In this document: one piece after another, positions 1 through 18,241 of the stretch
Position numbering within the stretch: position 1 is the stretch's first letter
Layout of the letters: each line of letters starts with the position of its first letter
Origin: Prorocentrum cordatum
Taxonomy: Eukaryota
Length of the DNA stretch: 64,000 nt
Direction: 5' to 3'
Assembly: GCA_963575745.1 (NCBI GenBank)
Contig: CAUYUJ010000110.1
Location: forward strand, 1-64,000
The notes under the pieces: model-generated
Seen by the model: only the letters and a program-made list of their open reading frames with translations
Told to the model about the DNA's origin: nothing
Database searches by the model: none
Made by a program: the position numbers and the translations under genes

Positions 1-186
1 CGATACATCGGCGATGCATCGGCGATGCATCGGCGATGCACCGGCGATGCATCATCGACGTCGGCGATGCATGGGCGACGTCGACGCGAAGCAAATCGGG
101 CTGCACATCGAGCCACATCGGCGATGCATCGGCGATGCGGCGCGAGCCTCCGACCCCATCAACTCCGACCCCATCTGGGAGGCCTA
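1..186. repeat. Array of 11-bp catcggcgatg units plus a terminal arm; the inverted arm and similar units recur at ~4177-4340
   Basis: cctccgaccccatcaactccgaccccatctgggaggcct (147-185) is the approximate reverse complement of 4178-4216. Confidence 0.7.
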
Positions 187-1087
187 GGTCCACTCCCTCC
201 GTCCACCGAGGACGACCAAAGCTCGAACCAGACCCCACGGGAGGGGCACGGGCCCGGTTCTTGGCCCCCCTCGGTGGTCAGGCACCCGCCAGCGTGCCAC
301 CCACGGCACGCCGGGGCGCGGCAGGCTGGCAGGCGCTGTCGGGTGGACCTCCTGAGGACGTCTACCAGCACGTTCTAAGCCAGCGGGCGCAAAAGCACGA
401 AAGCGGTGCGGGCGCCGGTCGGGCTACAGTATTCGGCCTGACCTCAGGAAGGGTAAATAAGGAACGAAGCCCCTTTTTTCCAAGTAAGTCTACGAAGTCC
501 GAAGGAACACCAGGGGGGCTCGCCGCCAAAAAGGTAGCGGAACGCATGCAAACCCAAAGAAAGACCGAGCCCCTCTTGAAAAGTAAAAAATCCTTATTCA
601 AGCCAGATCCTGTACGGGCGGGACACGCTGGGAATACAGGCACAGCCAACCCGTATCAGAAGGATGCGCGGTGAGGACGCAAGGGCCTCGGAGGCCCATG
701 TTAACATTTTTCGAGCGAGGCTGGCCAGCGAAAGTCGCCAAGGATGGGCCGAAGGGGCAAGGATCTGGGGGTAGCCTTGGGAAGGTTGTCCATCCTTCCT
801 ATGCGGGCTGACTGCACAAGCAAAAGGGGCAAGGGCCGCTCACAGCGTGCAGTCCGTCGCGCGCGTGTCGAGGAGGCGAGGCGCCAAGGCGCGGCTGCGA
901 CACACAGGCAGCGCAGCCGTCCAAGCAGCTGGCTGCACTGCAGGCAACCACCCCATCCCGAGGCTCCCGTGGCCGTGGGGCGGCCCGGGGCCGCTCTGGA
1001 GGCTCTCCGGGGCTCCCCAGGGGCTTCTCCAGGACGGCCTCCACGAAGGCCACCGAGGCCGCGAAGGCGGCCAGCCCTCGCCTCAAG

Positions 1088-1272
1088 TCGGCCCTGTCCC
1101 CCATACAGGGGGATTTTCGACGAAAAATAAAAAATACCCCAAACAAATCAAAAAAAAAAAAAAAAAAAAAAAAAAGTCCGGGGACTATTTTTAAAATATT
1201 TACCTTTTTGGGGTATTTGGGGTATATTTTTCATTTTTCGTCGAAAATCCCCCTGTAGGGGGACAGGCCCGA
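1088..1272. mobile_element. MITE with ~50-bp TIRs and TCGG...CCGA ends
   Basis: tcggccctgtcccccatacagggggattttcgacgaaaaat is mirrored by atttttcgtcgaaaatccccctgtagggggacaggcccga. Confidence 0.85.
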
Positions 1273-1713
1273 CAGAACCCTTGCATCAAGAGACACCCGG
1301 CAGCTCCCAAGCAAAGGAGACCCCGACAGGCACCGAAGGAGCCCCAAGAAGCCGCCAAGGCATCAACGGGAATGCCAAGAGGCCATCCAGAAACTGCGTG
1401 TCGTATATAGAGGTGTTGCGTGGCCAGGGGCCCTCGGCTCAAGATGGTTTCAAAAGGACCTCGGAGGAGCCAAAGAGAGGCCAAAGAGCCCAGTTGCCAG
1501 TAGGGGTCTTAAGGAGGCCCTCCAAACGGCCCAGGACGGCCGCAAGAGGGCCCCCGGACAGCACAAGAGGGGCCCAGTACAGCCCAAGAAGGCCCCAAAG
1601 ATGGCTCAAGAGAGCCACTAGAGGCCCGAAGACAGCCCCAAGAGACTCCTCAGACGGCCGAGAGGGCCCGAGAGGGCCCAAGACAGCGTCAAGACGGCCC
1701 AGGGAGGCGCCAA

Positions 1714-1913
1714 TCGGCGGCGAGCGAGGGGGGGAAATGAGAAGGAGAGGGCCGTTTCAGAAGGCGGCGGGACTTCTCAGAAGCCCTCGCGCCTTCTGAG
1801 AAGTTTTCTGCGTTGCCGGGGAAGGCTTAGGAAACTTCTCAGAAGGTTGGAGGACTTCCGGGCCTTCTGAGAAGGCCGCCTCCTTCTCACTTCCCCGCCT
1901 CTCTCGCCGCCGA
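1714..1913. mobile_element. MITE with internal cttctcagaag/cttctgagaag repeats; second, inverted copy at ~7962-8156
   Basis: ~30-bp imperfect TIR tcggcggcgag... / ...ctcgccgccga. Confidence 0.75.
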
Positions 1914-2069
1914 GTCAGGAGAGCCCGACTGGAGCCCAAGGCGGCCCAGGCAGCCCCCCCTCGGGAGAGCCGCCCTCGAAGAGCGGCAGTAGCAGCGAGG
2001 GGCGTCGCATGCTACGGCCTTCTCGGTGCTCCAAGCGCCGCCACACAAAATGCCGCTGGCACTGCGGTG

Positions 2070-2830
2070 TGCTCCTCCTCCTCCTCCTCCTCCTCCTCCT
2101 CCTCCTCTCCTCCTCCTCCTCCTCTCTCCTCCTCCTCCTCCTCTCCTCTCCCCTCTTGCCCTTCCTCCTCCTCCTCCTCTCTCCCCTCTCCTCCTCCTCC
2201 TCTCCTCTCCTCCTCCTCCTTCCTCCTTCTCCTTCCTCCTTCCTCCTTCCTCCTTCCTCCTTCCTCTTCCTCGTCTCCGTCCCCTTCCTCCTTCTCCTCC
2301 CTCCTCCTCCTCCTCCTCCCTCTCCTCCTTTCCCTCCCCTCCTCCCTCCTCCTCCTCCTCCTCCCTCTCCCTCCTCCCTCCTCCTCCTCCTCCTCCCTCC
2401 TCCTCCTCCTCCTCCCTCCTCACTCTACCTCCTCCTCCTCCTCCTCCCTCCTCCCTCTCCCTCCTCCCTCCTCCCTCCTCCCTCCTCCTCCTCCCTCCTC
2501 CCTCCTCCCTCCTCCTCCTACTCCTCCCTCCTCCCTCCGCCCTCCTCCCTCCTCCCTCCTCCCTCCTCCCTCTCCTCCTCCTCCTCCCGCCTCCCTCCTC
2601 CCTCCTCCCTCCTCCCTCCTCCCTCCTCCCTCCTCCCTCCTCCCTCTCCCTCCTCCTCTCCCTCTCCTCTTCTCCCCTCCTCCTCCTCCCTCCCTCCTCC
2701 CTCTCCTCTCCCTCCTCCCTCCTCCCTCCTCCCTCCTCCTCCTCCCTCCTCCCTCCTCCCTCCTCCATCATCCCTCCTCCATCCTCCCATCCTCACTCCG
2801 CCTCATCCCCCCTCCCCCTCCCCCCTCCAC
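2070..2830. repeat. (CCT)n-type polypyrimidine microsatellite; similar tracts at 5900-6120, 8710-9000, 14855-15215, 18285-18850 (GGA strand) and elsewhere
   Basis: Direct inspection. Confidence 0.95.
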
Positions 2831-4000
2831 CTGCCCCCCCCTAGCTGGATACGGATGCATGACCAACCCTGGTGACCATGCTGTCACACACAGAGCCGCA
2901 GTTTTCCTGGCCAGGTGAAACGCATGTGCAGTAGAACGGGACGGGAAATTCGTGCAACTGCGTCCCTGCAGTGCCTCGGCAGCGTACGCTGAAATACGTT
3001 GCCCCAGCGAAGCGCGAGATTATGCTTCAGTGCGCAGGAAGAGGAGGAAGAGGAGGAGGAGGAGGAGGAGGAGGAGCGGGAACACGAGCAAAGCCACTAT
3101 GAAAAGCAATAGTCGGGGTGGACGAAAACAGGGGGCAACCAAGGGGGAGCTGAAGAGTGAACTGCATGTAGCTATTTACGTTTTCCGGGTGCCTCGGGGC
3201 GCCAGGGGACATCAGCTCGAGTACACCGCCGCGGTGTTCGCAACCCCATGGTTCCCACCCACCTCCCACTCGTCCGCCCCGGCACGAGGCAACCACATGT
3301 GAGCGACGATCAAGAACGGGTCTTACACGAGATGGCATAGCGACCTGACGCGGTGGCTTACGCGGGCCGCCAGCGCGGCACGCATCGCTTGAAGCGAGGG
3401 CGCTTACGCGCGACCTTACGCGGGCAGCTTGCGCGCCGATGTCGGCGCAGACGACTCCTTTTAGTTGCGACGCTCATATGGATCCACTACCCCCTGTGGG
3501 TCCGAGTCTTGAGGAGGATCGCCGGGAGGTTCGACTCGGGTCTGCGGCAGTGGGGACCCCTGCAGGGCGGACTAAGTACCCCACCCCAGCACCGATTCGA
3601 CCCGCAGGGGTGGGGTTCCGACATGGTTGCGGATCTGCGGTTGGCTCCTGGCGTTCTCCCCGGGGCCTGTTGGGCCGTTCTGGAGTGTCTGCAGTTGCTC
3701 TATCTCGAGGCAGATCGCTGACAGCGTTGATATCGACGCTCGTCGTGCTTGATCTCCCCTCCCTGGTACGAAGATGTCTTGTGTAGCTGCCAGCTAAACA
3801 TTATTTGGATTATGCTTGCTCTCGCGTATTGGTGTCTGACACCGCGAGAGCCGCACAACTTCGAGCCATCGTGGCTGTCCGATAGGCGCAGAGCGCTCGG
3901 CGTCGGCTGCCTCGGAGGGGATCACTGGCGGCGCTCGGCCTCGACCGCCCGCGCTGTGGGGCCTCCGCCGGATCGGCACGGCGCAGACCTGCCGCAAGTA

Positions 4001-4174
4001 CAGTAAAAAAACCCTAATAAGGACGCGCGGTAAGGACGCAAGACCCTTGGAAGCCGAAGTTGGGATTTCTGGGGCGGCAGACGACGAAAACCTCAAGGAC
4101 GCAAGAGCAAGGAAGAGCAAGGACGCAGGGGTACCCTGAGCAAAGTCTCGCGTCCTTATTAGGGTTATTGACTG
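4001..4174. mobile_element. Tc1/mariner-type MITE (TA|CAGT...ACTG|TA); relatives at 49386-49557, ~643-813 and ~47261-47440
   Basis: TIR cagtaaaaaaaccctaataaggacgcg / cgcgtccttattagggttattgactg with TA on both sides. Confidence 0.85.
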
Positions 4175-4457
4175 TAGAGGCCTCCCAAATGGGGTGGGAG
4201 CAGATGGGATCGGAGGACCGCGCCGCATCGTCGAGGCAACACCGATGCATCGGCGGTACATCGGCAACGCCGAGGACGCATCGGCGACGTCGGCGTGGAG
4301 AAAGTCGGGCTCCACATCAGGCCGCGTCGGCGATCCTGGGACCCCGTCTACTCTGACAGCACCTGGGAGGAGTAACACGTTCGATGCTTCGGCCGTGGTG
4401 CTCGAGGCACATCAGTCCACTCCCCCGTCCCTCGTCCCATCTTCCTCCTCCTCCTCC

Positions 4458-4490
<33 letters not shown>

Positions 4491-4512
4491 TCCTCCTCCT
4501 CCTCCAAAGCAT

Positions 4513-4543
<31 letters not shown>

Positions 4544-4893
4544 ATCATCAGCATCATCATCAGCATCATCATAATCAGAATCAGCAGCATCATCATTATC
4601 ATCATCAGCATCAGCATCAGCATCAGCATCATCAGCAGCATCATCAGCATCGGCAACAGCAGCATCAGCAGCAGCATCAGCAGCAGCATCATCAGCATCA
4701 TCAGCATCAGCATCACCACCACCGCCGCCATCATCATCATCATCATCACCATCATCATCGTCATCATCAGCAGCATCGGCATCAGCATCATCAACGGCAT
4801 CAGCAGCATCAGCATGGCCATCATCATCATCATCAGCATCATCATCAACAACAACATTATCATCATCAGCAGCATCATCATCAACAACAACAG

Positions 4894-4943
<50 letters not shown>

Positions 4944-5698
4944 CTATCATCAGCATCATCATGAGCGTCAGCATCATCAGCATCATCACCACCAGCATCA
5001 GCATCATCATCGTCATCATCAGCAGCATCATCATAATCAGCAGTATCATCATCATCATCAGCATCTGCATCAGCATCACCATCAGCAGCATCACCAGCAT
5101 GGTCATCATCATCAGCATCATAGAACCCGCATCATCATTAGCATAATCATAGAATCAACATCAGCATCACCATCACCATCAGCATCATAAACAACCACAT
5201 CATCGACCTCATCAGAATGATCATCAGCATCATCATCAGCATCAGCATCATCATAATTAGCAACATCATCGTCGCCGTAGTCATCATCACCATCATCATC
5301 ACCATCATCATCATCATCAGTATCACCACCACAACCATCACCAGAATCATCATCGTCTTCACCATTAGCACCATCGTCATCGTCATCATCATATTCATCA
5401 TCAGCACCATCGTCATCGTCATCATCACCACCACCACCACCACCATCGTCATCATCATCATCATCATCGTCATCATCATCAGCATCATCATCATCAGCAT
5501 CATCATCGTCTATCATCCGCCTCCTCCTCCTCATGATCCATCCGCCTCCTCCTCCTCCTCCTCCTCCTCCTCCTCCTCATCCATCCGCCTCGTCCTCATC
5601 CTCCTCCTTCTCCTCTTCCTCCTCCTCCGACCACGTCGACGTTCGATGCTTCGGCCAGCAGGCAGCACGGCCCTCCCGCCCTCCGGGCTCCCCGGGTC

Positions 5699-5749
5699 CT
5701 TTGTCGAGGACAGCCGCCGCGCCCACCGCAGGGCGCCGTGGGTCGTCAC
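5699..5749 (-). CDS. Candidate exon (VTTHGALRWARRLSSTK)
   Basis: GAG|G and AAG|GA junctions; 51 bp, phase 0-0, compatible with the 8538-8592 exon. Confidence 0.4.
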
Positions 5750-5846
5750 CTCGGGGAACGCCCGCGCGCCAGCCCCTCCGCGGCGACTTCTGCCACCCGA
5801 CCCCAGAGAAAAAGGGGAAAGACAGAGAGAGAGAGAGAGAGAGAAA

Positions 5847-5880
<34 letters not shown>

Positions 5881-6849
5881 CCCAGAGGAGAACCTGATCG
5901 GCCTCCTCCTCCTCCTCCTCCTCCTCCTCCTCCTCCGCCTCCTCCTCCTCCCAATCCTCCTCCTCCTCCGCCTCCTCCTCCTCCGCCTCCTCCTCCTCCT
6001 CATCCGCCTCCTCCTCCTCCTCCTCGGCCTCTTCCTCCTCCTCCTCCTCCTCCTCCTCCTCCTCCTCCTCCTCCTCCTCCTCCTCCTCCTCCTCCTCCCA
6101 GTCCTCCCCCTCCTCCGCCCTGCCATCCCCGCGCCCCTGCCATCGAGTCGAGCCCCTGTGCCCGGTGGCCCCGGCGGAGGGAGAGAGGGCGGCGAGCTCC
6201 CCGGCAGACGGGCGCGCCTGCCCAGAGCGGCACACCCGGGGGCCAGGGGGGGGCGGGAGCGGAGGAGGAGTCGGGCACGGCGGCAGCCAGGGGAGGGAGG
6301 GGCGAGGGGAGAGGAGGGAGGGGAGGGGAGGGGAGGGGAGGGGAGGGAAGGGGAGGGGAGGAGAAGGGGAGGGGAGGCGAGGGGAGGGGAGGGAGGGGTG
6401 AGGGAGGGAAGAAACCGGCGAACGCGGGGAGGAGGGTGCCTAACTTCGCGCTGCGCGCTGCGCGGAGCGCGAAGCACGAGTCGCGTCCCCAGGGGAGATG
6501 AGGAAGAGGATGACGAGGAGCCGTACCGAGAAGCGCGAAGCGCGAATCACTTCGCGCCCTCGACGGCGCCCTTGAGCTTAGGAGGCAACTCCTGCGAGGT
6601 CTTCGCGGACATGAAACAAGACTGTCGAGCCGGATCGGGGAGCTATACGGAAGCGTAACAGGCTGAATGAAGCTGGTTCAGGCCCAGGATTGAGCCGGGT
6701 TATGCAGGGCGGGACCAGGCCAGGCTAGGACGGTTTTCGACCACGGATTTGCAAGCACTGGGGCTAAAGTGAACCTCCAAGGAGTTGCAACATGGAAGAA
6801 CAATGGGGGGCGGAGACAAGAAGGGGAGAGGCGACGGAAGAGAAAGATG

Positions 6850-7045
6850 TCCAGGGACCCAAGCCCCCGACGTCGTGCTTTTTTCGCAGCGCCGACTCCC
6901 AGAGGTCTGGGCCCCTTCCCTCCGGACCGGTTTTTCATCCTGAGTCATTTTTGAACGGACCTGCGGCCCGGCATGAGCCCTCAGAGACCCGAAATGGAGA
7001 AAAACACTCCCGTCGTGACTTTTCGCAACGCGAGGGCTTCTGGGG
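6850..7045. repeat. ~200-bp dispersed repeat; copies at about 7850-7965, 31670-31820, 34110-34300, 35805-35995, 45540-45670, 56620-56800 and 59030-59190
   Basis: Shared core gaggtctgggccccttcc..ggaccggtttttcatcctgagtcgttttttgacgg...aaaactcccgtcgtga, in both orientations. Confidence 0.8.
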
Positions 7046-7566
7046 AAGGAGAGCCCGTGTCAACAAAGAAACGGGGGGGAACAATCTAAAGAAGAAAAAA
7101 GACGAAACGAAAAAAAATAAAACATCATCTATCTTTTTATAGAGAAAAAAAAAAAAAAAAAAAGTACAAGGTCCACGCTGTGCTCGACGGCTCTACGGCG
7201 CGCACAAGGCGAGGGGGTGGCGCGAGGGGGGCGCCCCGCCCAGAGGGCGGGGGGCTCCCCGCAGGGGCAGGGGGGGGGGCCTCCTGGGAGGCAGTCCCGC
7301 CCTCCAAGAGGCCCTCAAACGGGGACTCCACTCACGGGCACTTTGGCCAGTGACCCAGCGAACCCAGCCCTTCCCGCCTTCGAAGCGGCAACTTTCGGCA
7401 AAAATTCAAAGTACCCGTTAGCAAGTACCCGTTACGGTGCTGTTGATCCCTCCAAGAGGCCTGCTCCCCGGACCCCCCCCGCGCTGTGGAAAAATCGCAA
7501 GGAAGGCTTTTCACCAAAAAGCGACGGCGACGGTGACGACGAAAACAACGCCGACGGTGACGACGC

Positions 7567-7617
<51 letters not shown>

Positions 7618-7620
7618 AGT

Positions 7621-7652
<32 letters not shown>

Positions 7653-7660
7653 ACGACGAC

Positions 7661-7832
7661 CCGGGTCAATGCAAACCCCAGTCAGTCGAGCTTTGTACGG
7701 TCCTGCAAGAGCCTGCAGGATCCTGCAGGACCCAAACCAGGGTCAATGCGACCGTGGTTCTGCAGAATCCTGCAAGATGCGGTGCTCTGGCTGACCCCCA
7801 GTTTGCATTGACCCCCAGCTCTTGAGCCCCGA
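7661..7832. mobile_element. MITE with ctgcaggatc internal repeats; inverted copy at 36182-36358
   Basis: gggtcaatgcaaac / gtttgcattgaccc inverted repeats; ends ttgagccccga. Confidence 0.75.
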
Positions 7833-8426
7833 ACTTTCCCGATGTTCGGCCTCGGGGGGCCCACAACGGGCCTCGGGACCGTCAAAAAACAACTCTGGAG
7901 GAAAAACCAGTCCAAGGGAAGGGGCCCAGACCTCTGGGGGTCAGCGCTGCGAAAAAAGCACAGCGGCGCGCCGGGGGGGGAAGTGAGCGGGGGCCAGCCT
8001 TCTGAGAAGGCTCGGAAGTCCCCCAGCCTTCTGAGAAGATCTCTAACCCCTTCCTGAAAGACAAAGAAAGCCGCTCAAAGGCGCGAGGGCTTCTGAGAAG
8101 TCCTGCCGCCTTCTGAGAAGGCCTTCTCCTTCGCATGTCCCCCCTCGCTCCACCGAGTCCGAGTCAGGAGCACTCCTGGCCTCTGAGAGGCCTCATTGGG
8201 AGCCTCCAGGCCCTACCGAGAGGGCCCCCCTGACATCCCAAGAGGCCCCCCCCCGACTTCCGAGGAGGCCACCACCTCGCAGAGCTGCCCGCCCCCTCCA
8301 TGCACGCCGCCAACCCCAGCCAACGACGACGACGACGACGACGACGTCGACGAGGACGAGGGCGACGAGGACGAGGGCGACGAGGACAAGGACGAGGACG
8401 AGGACGCCGACGAGGACAAGGACCAG

Positions 8427-8474
<48 letters not shown>

Positions 8475-8537
8475 GGCGACGAGGACGAGGGCGACGAGGA
8501 CGAGGACGAGGACGACGACGAGTACGCCGACGCGCAC

Positions 8538-13491
<4,954 letters not shown>

Positions 13492-13960
13492 CTGGGGAAA
13501 CCAACAGGTACCGATGCCGCCACTCCCCGGATCTCTCCCAGGCCGCCTCGCTCAGACTGGCATGTCGAGGCGAAGCCAGCGGTGGCGACGAGGGCCTCTC
13601 CCAGGGGGCCGAGGAGAAGGGGAAAACACGAGCTCAGGGCAGCGGTAGGGGTACCTTCTCCTCCTGTGATCAGCCTCGACCTTCTCCCCTCCGCCTCCGG
13701 AGGCGGTGACAGTGCACCCTCCTCCTCCGGAGCGGGAGGAGGAGGAGGAGGAGACGGAGGAGGAGGAGGAGGAGGAGGAGGAGGAGGACGAGCAGGAGGT
13801 GGAGGTGGAGGAGGAGGAGGAGGAGGAGGAGGTGGAGGTGGAGGTGGAGGTGGAGGTGGAGGTGGTGGAGGAGGAGGAGGAGGAGGAGGAGGAGGAGGAG
13901 GGACGAGTAGGAGGAGGAGGGGGGGGCGCCCGCGCGGCGCGGCGCAGGGGCGGGGCCGCC

Positions 13961-14033
13961 CGACGAGCGCGGTGCTGAGGCTGTCGGTGCCGCCGACGAA
14001 GTGCTGCAGGAGCGCCGTGAGGGCCCGGAAGGC
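13961..14033 (-). CDS. Candidate exon (AFRALTALLQHFVGGTDSLSTALV)
   Basis: CAG|G acceptor and strongly GC3-biased codons; donor position uncertain. Confidence 0.6.
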
Positions 14034-14174
14034 CTGGCGGGGCGGGCGGGCGCCACGGAGCGGGGCCGCCCGAGGCCCTCCGGAGGCGGGGCCTGTCCGG
14101 GGCGGGCTCTCTCTCCCTGGGCTCTAGGGTCCTCCTCCTCCTCCTCCTCCTCCTCCTTCCTCCTCCTCCTCTCT

Positions 14175-14266
14175 CTTCTCTTCTTCTTCTTCTTCTTCTT
14201 CTTCTTATTATTATTCTTCTTCTTCTTCTTCTTATTCTTCTTCTTCTTCTTCTTATTCTTCTTATT

Positions 14267-14297
<31 letters not shown>

Positions 14298-14387
14298 TTC
14301 TTCTTCTTCTTCTTCTTCTTCTTCTTATTCTTCTTCTTATTATTATTATTATTTGTATGATTCTTCTTATTCTTCTTCTTCTTCTTC

Positions 14388-14420
<33 letters not shown>

Positions 14421-14803
14421 TTCTTATTATTATTCTTATTCTTATTATTCTTATTCGTATTCTTCTTCTTCTTCTTATTATTATTATTCTTATTATTATT
14501 CTTCTTATTATTCTTATTATTCTTCGTCTTCTTATTATTATTTTTCTTATTCTTCTTCTTCTTCTTATTATTCTTATTATTATTCTTCTTCTTATTCTTC
14601 TTCTTATTATTCTTATTCTTATTCTTATTCTTCTTATTCTTCGTCTTCGTCTTCGTCTTCTTCTTCTTAGTATTCTTCTTATTATTCTTATTCTTATTCT
14701 TATTATTCTTCTTCTTCTTCGTATTATTATTATTCTTATTATTATTATTCTTCTTATTCTTCTTCTTATTCTTCTTCTTCTTCTTCTTCTTCTTCTTCTT
14801 CTT

Positions 14804-14834
<31 letters not shown>

Positions 14835-14855
14835 TTCTTCTTATTATTCTTATTC
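14175..14855. repeat. (TTC/TTA)n microsatellite
   Basis: Direct inspection. Confidence 0.95.
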
Positions 14856-15593
14856 CTCCTCCTCCTCCTCCTCCTCCTCCTCCTCCTCCTCCTCCGCCTC
14901 CTCCTCCTCCTCCTCCTCCTCCTCCTCCCTCCCTCCTCCTCCTCCCTCCTCCTCCTCCGCCTCCCTCCTCCTCCTCCTCCTCCTCCCCTCCTCCTCTCCT
15001 CCTCCTCTCCTCTCCTCCCTCCTCCTCCCCTCCTCCTCCTCCTCCTCCTCATCCTCCTCCTCCTCCTCCTCTCCTCCTCCTCCTCTCCTCCTCCTCCTCC
15101 TCCTCCTCCTCCTCTCCTCTCCTAATCCTCCTCCTCCTCCTCCGCCTCCTCCTCCTCCCCTCCTCCTCCTCCTCCTCCTCCTCCTCCTCCTCCTCCTCCT
15201 CCTCCTTCTCCTCCTTCCTGGAGCCGCCGAATAAGGTCGGCTTGGCACTGTATTCAGCGCGGGCATCAGATGCCCCACATGCCAGCAGCAGTTCGGAAGT
15301 CGCTGACAGGCTAGATCCAGGGGTGGTGAGCACAGCACTTCTGGTGATTTCCTTCCCAGTGCTGTCGACGATGCGCGAGAAGGGAGCCATTCCTGCGCGG
15401 TGGGTGCGGCAGGGCGGCTCGCTGTGGATGCGGACTTGTCCACTGCGGGCTCGGCTCCACCCGCTGCGCTCGGGCCACACTGGAATGCCTGGAGGGTCGA
15501 AGCAGGGCGGGCCTCGTGCCTCGAGCCGTGCGACGGCTGGCGCAGTATGCCAGGCCCGCTGAAACAAAAGAAGGAGGAGTTCGGTGGGAACTC

Positions 15594-15785
15594 ACGGGAG
15601 CCTCCCAAACCATCTTGTCGGCTCTTGCGAATCGACGCTGGTCGACGCTAAGTCGACGCTAAGTCGACGCTGATCGACGCTACATCGAAGCTACATCGGC
15701 GCTATCTCACCGCCTCCCAAACGCCAATCGACCCGAATCGCCGCTGAAGACGGAATGAAGTAAGAGAGCATACCAGGCTCCCATG
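15594..15785. mobile_element. Element with internal (aatcgacgct)n and catgggagc / gctcccatg ends; copies at ~61116-61306 and ~63356-63480
   Basis: Tandem 10-bp tcgacgctaa units bracketed by short inverted repeats. Confidence 0.7.
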
Positions 15786-16739
15786 ATGTGCTGACGAACG
15801 GGAGGGAGAAGGGACGACCCAGACCCCCGGCCTCGTGATGTTGTTCACAGCGTCGACCCCCAGAGGCCTGGACTGAAGGGGCCCCAGGACACACAAATAA
15901 ATACACACAAATAACAGGACCCCCCATATTTTCTCATATTTTCTGGGTTTTTGTCTTCCCCCCCACTTCCCATATTTTCCCATATTTTCCTGGGGATCGA
16001 CGATTAATTGTGTCTGTGTTTTTTCCCCTCCTGATGGACCCCTGCCCCACGACCGGCTCTTCATCCCGTGCCGCTCTGTGGCCGGCCAAGGAGGCCCGCC
16101 GAGGCCCCGCCGAGGCCGCAAGGATCCCGGCGAGGCACCCGACCACGTGCAACCGTGAGCACCGCCAGGGCAGGCGGGGGGCGAAGGAGCGGGAGCCCCT
16201 TCTTGGGCCACGAGACGCGTGAGGGTAGACGCCATCGCTCGGACGTCCATTCCGTGTGTTTTTGTTCGGTTTCGTGCGTGGCTTTTTCGCCAAATGATCA
16301 AGGATGCTCCTCGATGGCCCTCGCCGAAGGAAAAATGCACACGTCCGAGCGATGCCAATGGTATGCCGGCATGGGCGGGGGAGGGCGCCGATGGACACCG
16401 CCGCCAGGGCCTTCGGTGAAGTTCTCTGGGGGCAGGCCACGAGACGCTGTACTGGGCGGCGCGGACGCATGCGATGACAACTGGGGCCGTCGGTGGAGCT
16501 CCCGATGGGCCATGGGCCATAGCCATACACTGTCCTTCCCTGAGCCTCATCATCCCCCGCCTCATCATCTTATTCATTTGTCCTCCTGGTCCTCGTGATC
16601 ACATCGCCCTCATCCTGATCCGAACTGCCTGGAGATCTCCGAGAGCCCCCGTCCACAGAAGCCATGTGTGACGCTACCTCTATTGTGCGATCTGCGCGAG
16701 GGACGTCCCGAAATCGGCACGGAGCCGCCATGTGAACCC

Positions 16740-17850
16740 TGCCACTGGGGCCTTCGGTGGAGCTCTCTATGGAGCCACGAAACGTGTGAGGGGTGCACCG
16801 AAATGGAGGCTGGAACCACGTGCGGGCGCTGCCACTGGCGCCTTCGGTGGAGCTCCCCATGGGGCCACGAAACGTGCGAGGGGTGCGCCACAATGGAGGG
16901 TGGAACCGCACGCGGGCGCTGCCATTTGGGCCTTCGGTGGAGCTCCCATGGGGCCACGAAAGGTGCGAGGGGTGCACCGAAATGGGGCGGCATCGCCGTG
17001 CGGACCCTGTCGCTGCGGCCTTCGGTGCTGCCGACTCAAGGCACGAAACGTGCGAGGGGTGCGCCAAAATGCGGGATGAACCCGCAAGTGGGCGCTGCCT
17101 CTGGGGCCTTAGGTGGAGCACCCCATGGGGCCACGAAACGTGCGAGGGGTGCACCAAAATGGAGGCTAAAACTGAATGCGGGCGCTGCCACTGGGGCCTT
17201 CGGTGGAGCTCCCTATGGGGCAACGAAACGTGTGCGGGGTTCACCGAAATTGAGGGTGGAACCGCATGCGGGCGCTGCCCCTGGGGCCCTCGGTGGAGCT
17301 CCCCATGGGGTCACGAAACCGAAATGGAGGGCAGAACCGAATGCGGGCGCTGCCACTGGGACCCTGTGGATCTCTCTATGTGGCCACGAAACGTGTGAGG
17401 GGTGCACCGAAATGGAGGGTGGAACCGCACGCGGGCGCAGCCGCTGGGGCCTTCGGTGGAGCGCCCTATGGGGCCACGAAAGGTGCGAGGGGTGCACCAA
17501 AATGCGGGATGGACCCGCGAGCGGGCGCTGCCTCTGGGGCCTCAGGTGGAGCACCCCATGTGGCCACGAAACGAGTGAGGGGTTCACCGAACTGGAGGCT
17601 GGAACCGAATGCGAGCGCTGCCACTGGGGTCTTCGGTGGAGCTACCCTATGGAGCCACGAAACATGCGAGGGGTGCACCAGAATGGAGGTGGAACCGCAT
17701 GTGGGCGCTGCCACTGGGGCCTTCGGTGGAGCTCCCGATGGGGCAACGAAACGTGTGAGAGGTTCGCTGAAACGGGTGGCGCGGAAGCATGCGAACTGCG
17801 CAACTGGGGACATCGGTGGTAAATCCCTGAGGCGACGAAACGTGTAAGGG
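16740..17850 (+). repeat. ~90-bp minisatellite, about 12 copies
   Basis: ccttcggtggagctcc..atggggccacgaaacgtgcgaggggtgcacc recurs at 16751, 16841, 16931 and onward. Confidence 0.95.
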
Positions 17851-17884
17851 ATGTGCCGAAATTGGTGGCGATGATGGTGATGAT

Positions 17885-17972
<88 letters not shown>

Positions 17973-18026
17973 GTGATGGTGATGATGGCGGCGATGATGA
18001 CGATGCAAATGATGATGGCGATAAGT

Positions 18027-18068
<42 letters not shown>

Positions 18069-18076
18069 GCGATGCA

Positions 18077-18241
<165 letters not shown>

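Noticed and set aside
1887..2918. Long poly-P/S/L/E/G ORFs, and the poly-H/I/M/D ORFs over CAT tracts throughout the window
   Set aside because: They are translations of microsatellites that are open in several frames, with no protein signal.
16740..17850. 90-bp array (also the 162-bp and 42-bp arrays) as a CRISPR array
   Set aside because: Whole units are homologous with no unique spacers, there are no cas genes, and the context is eukaryotic.
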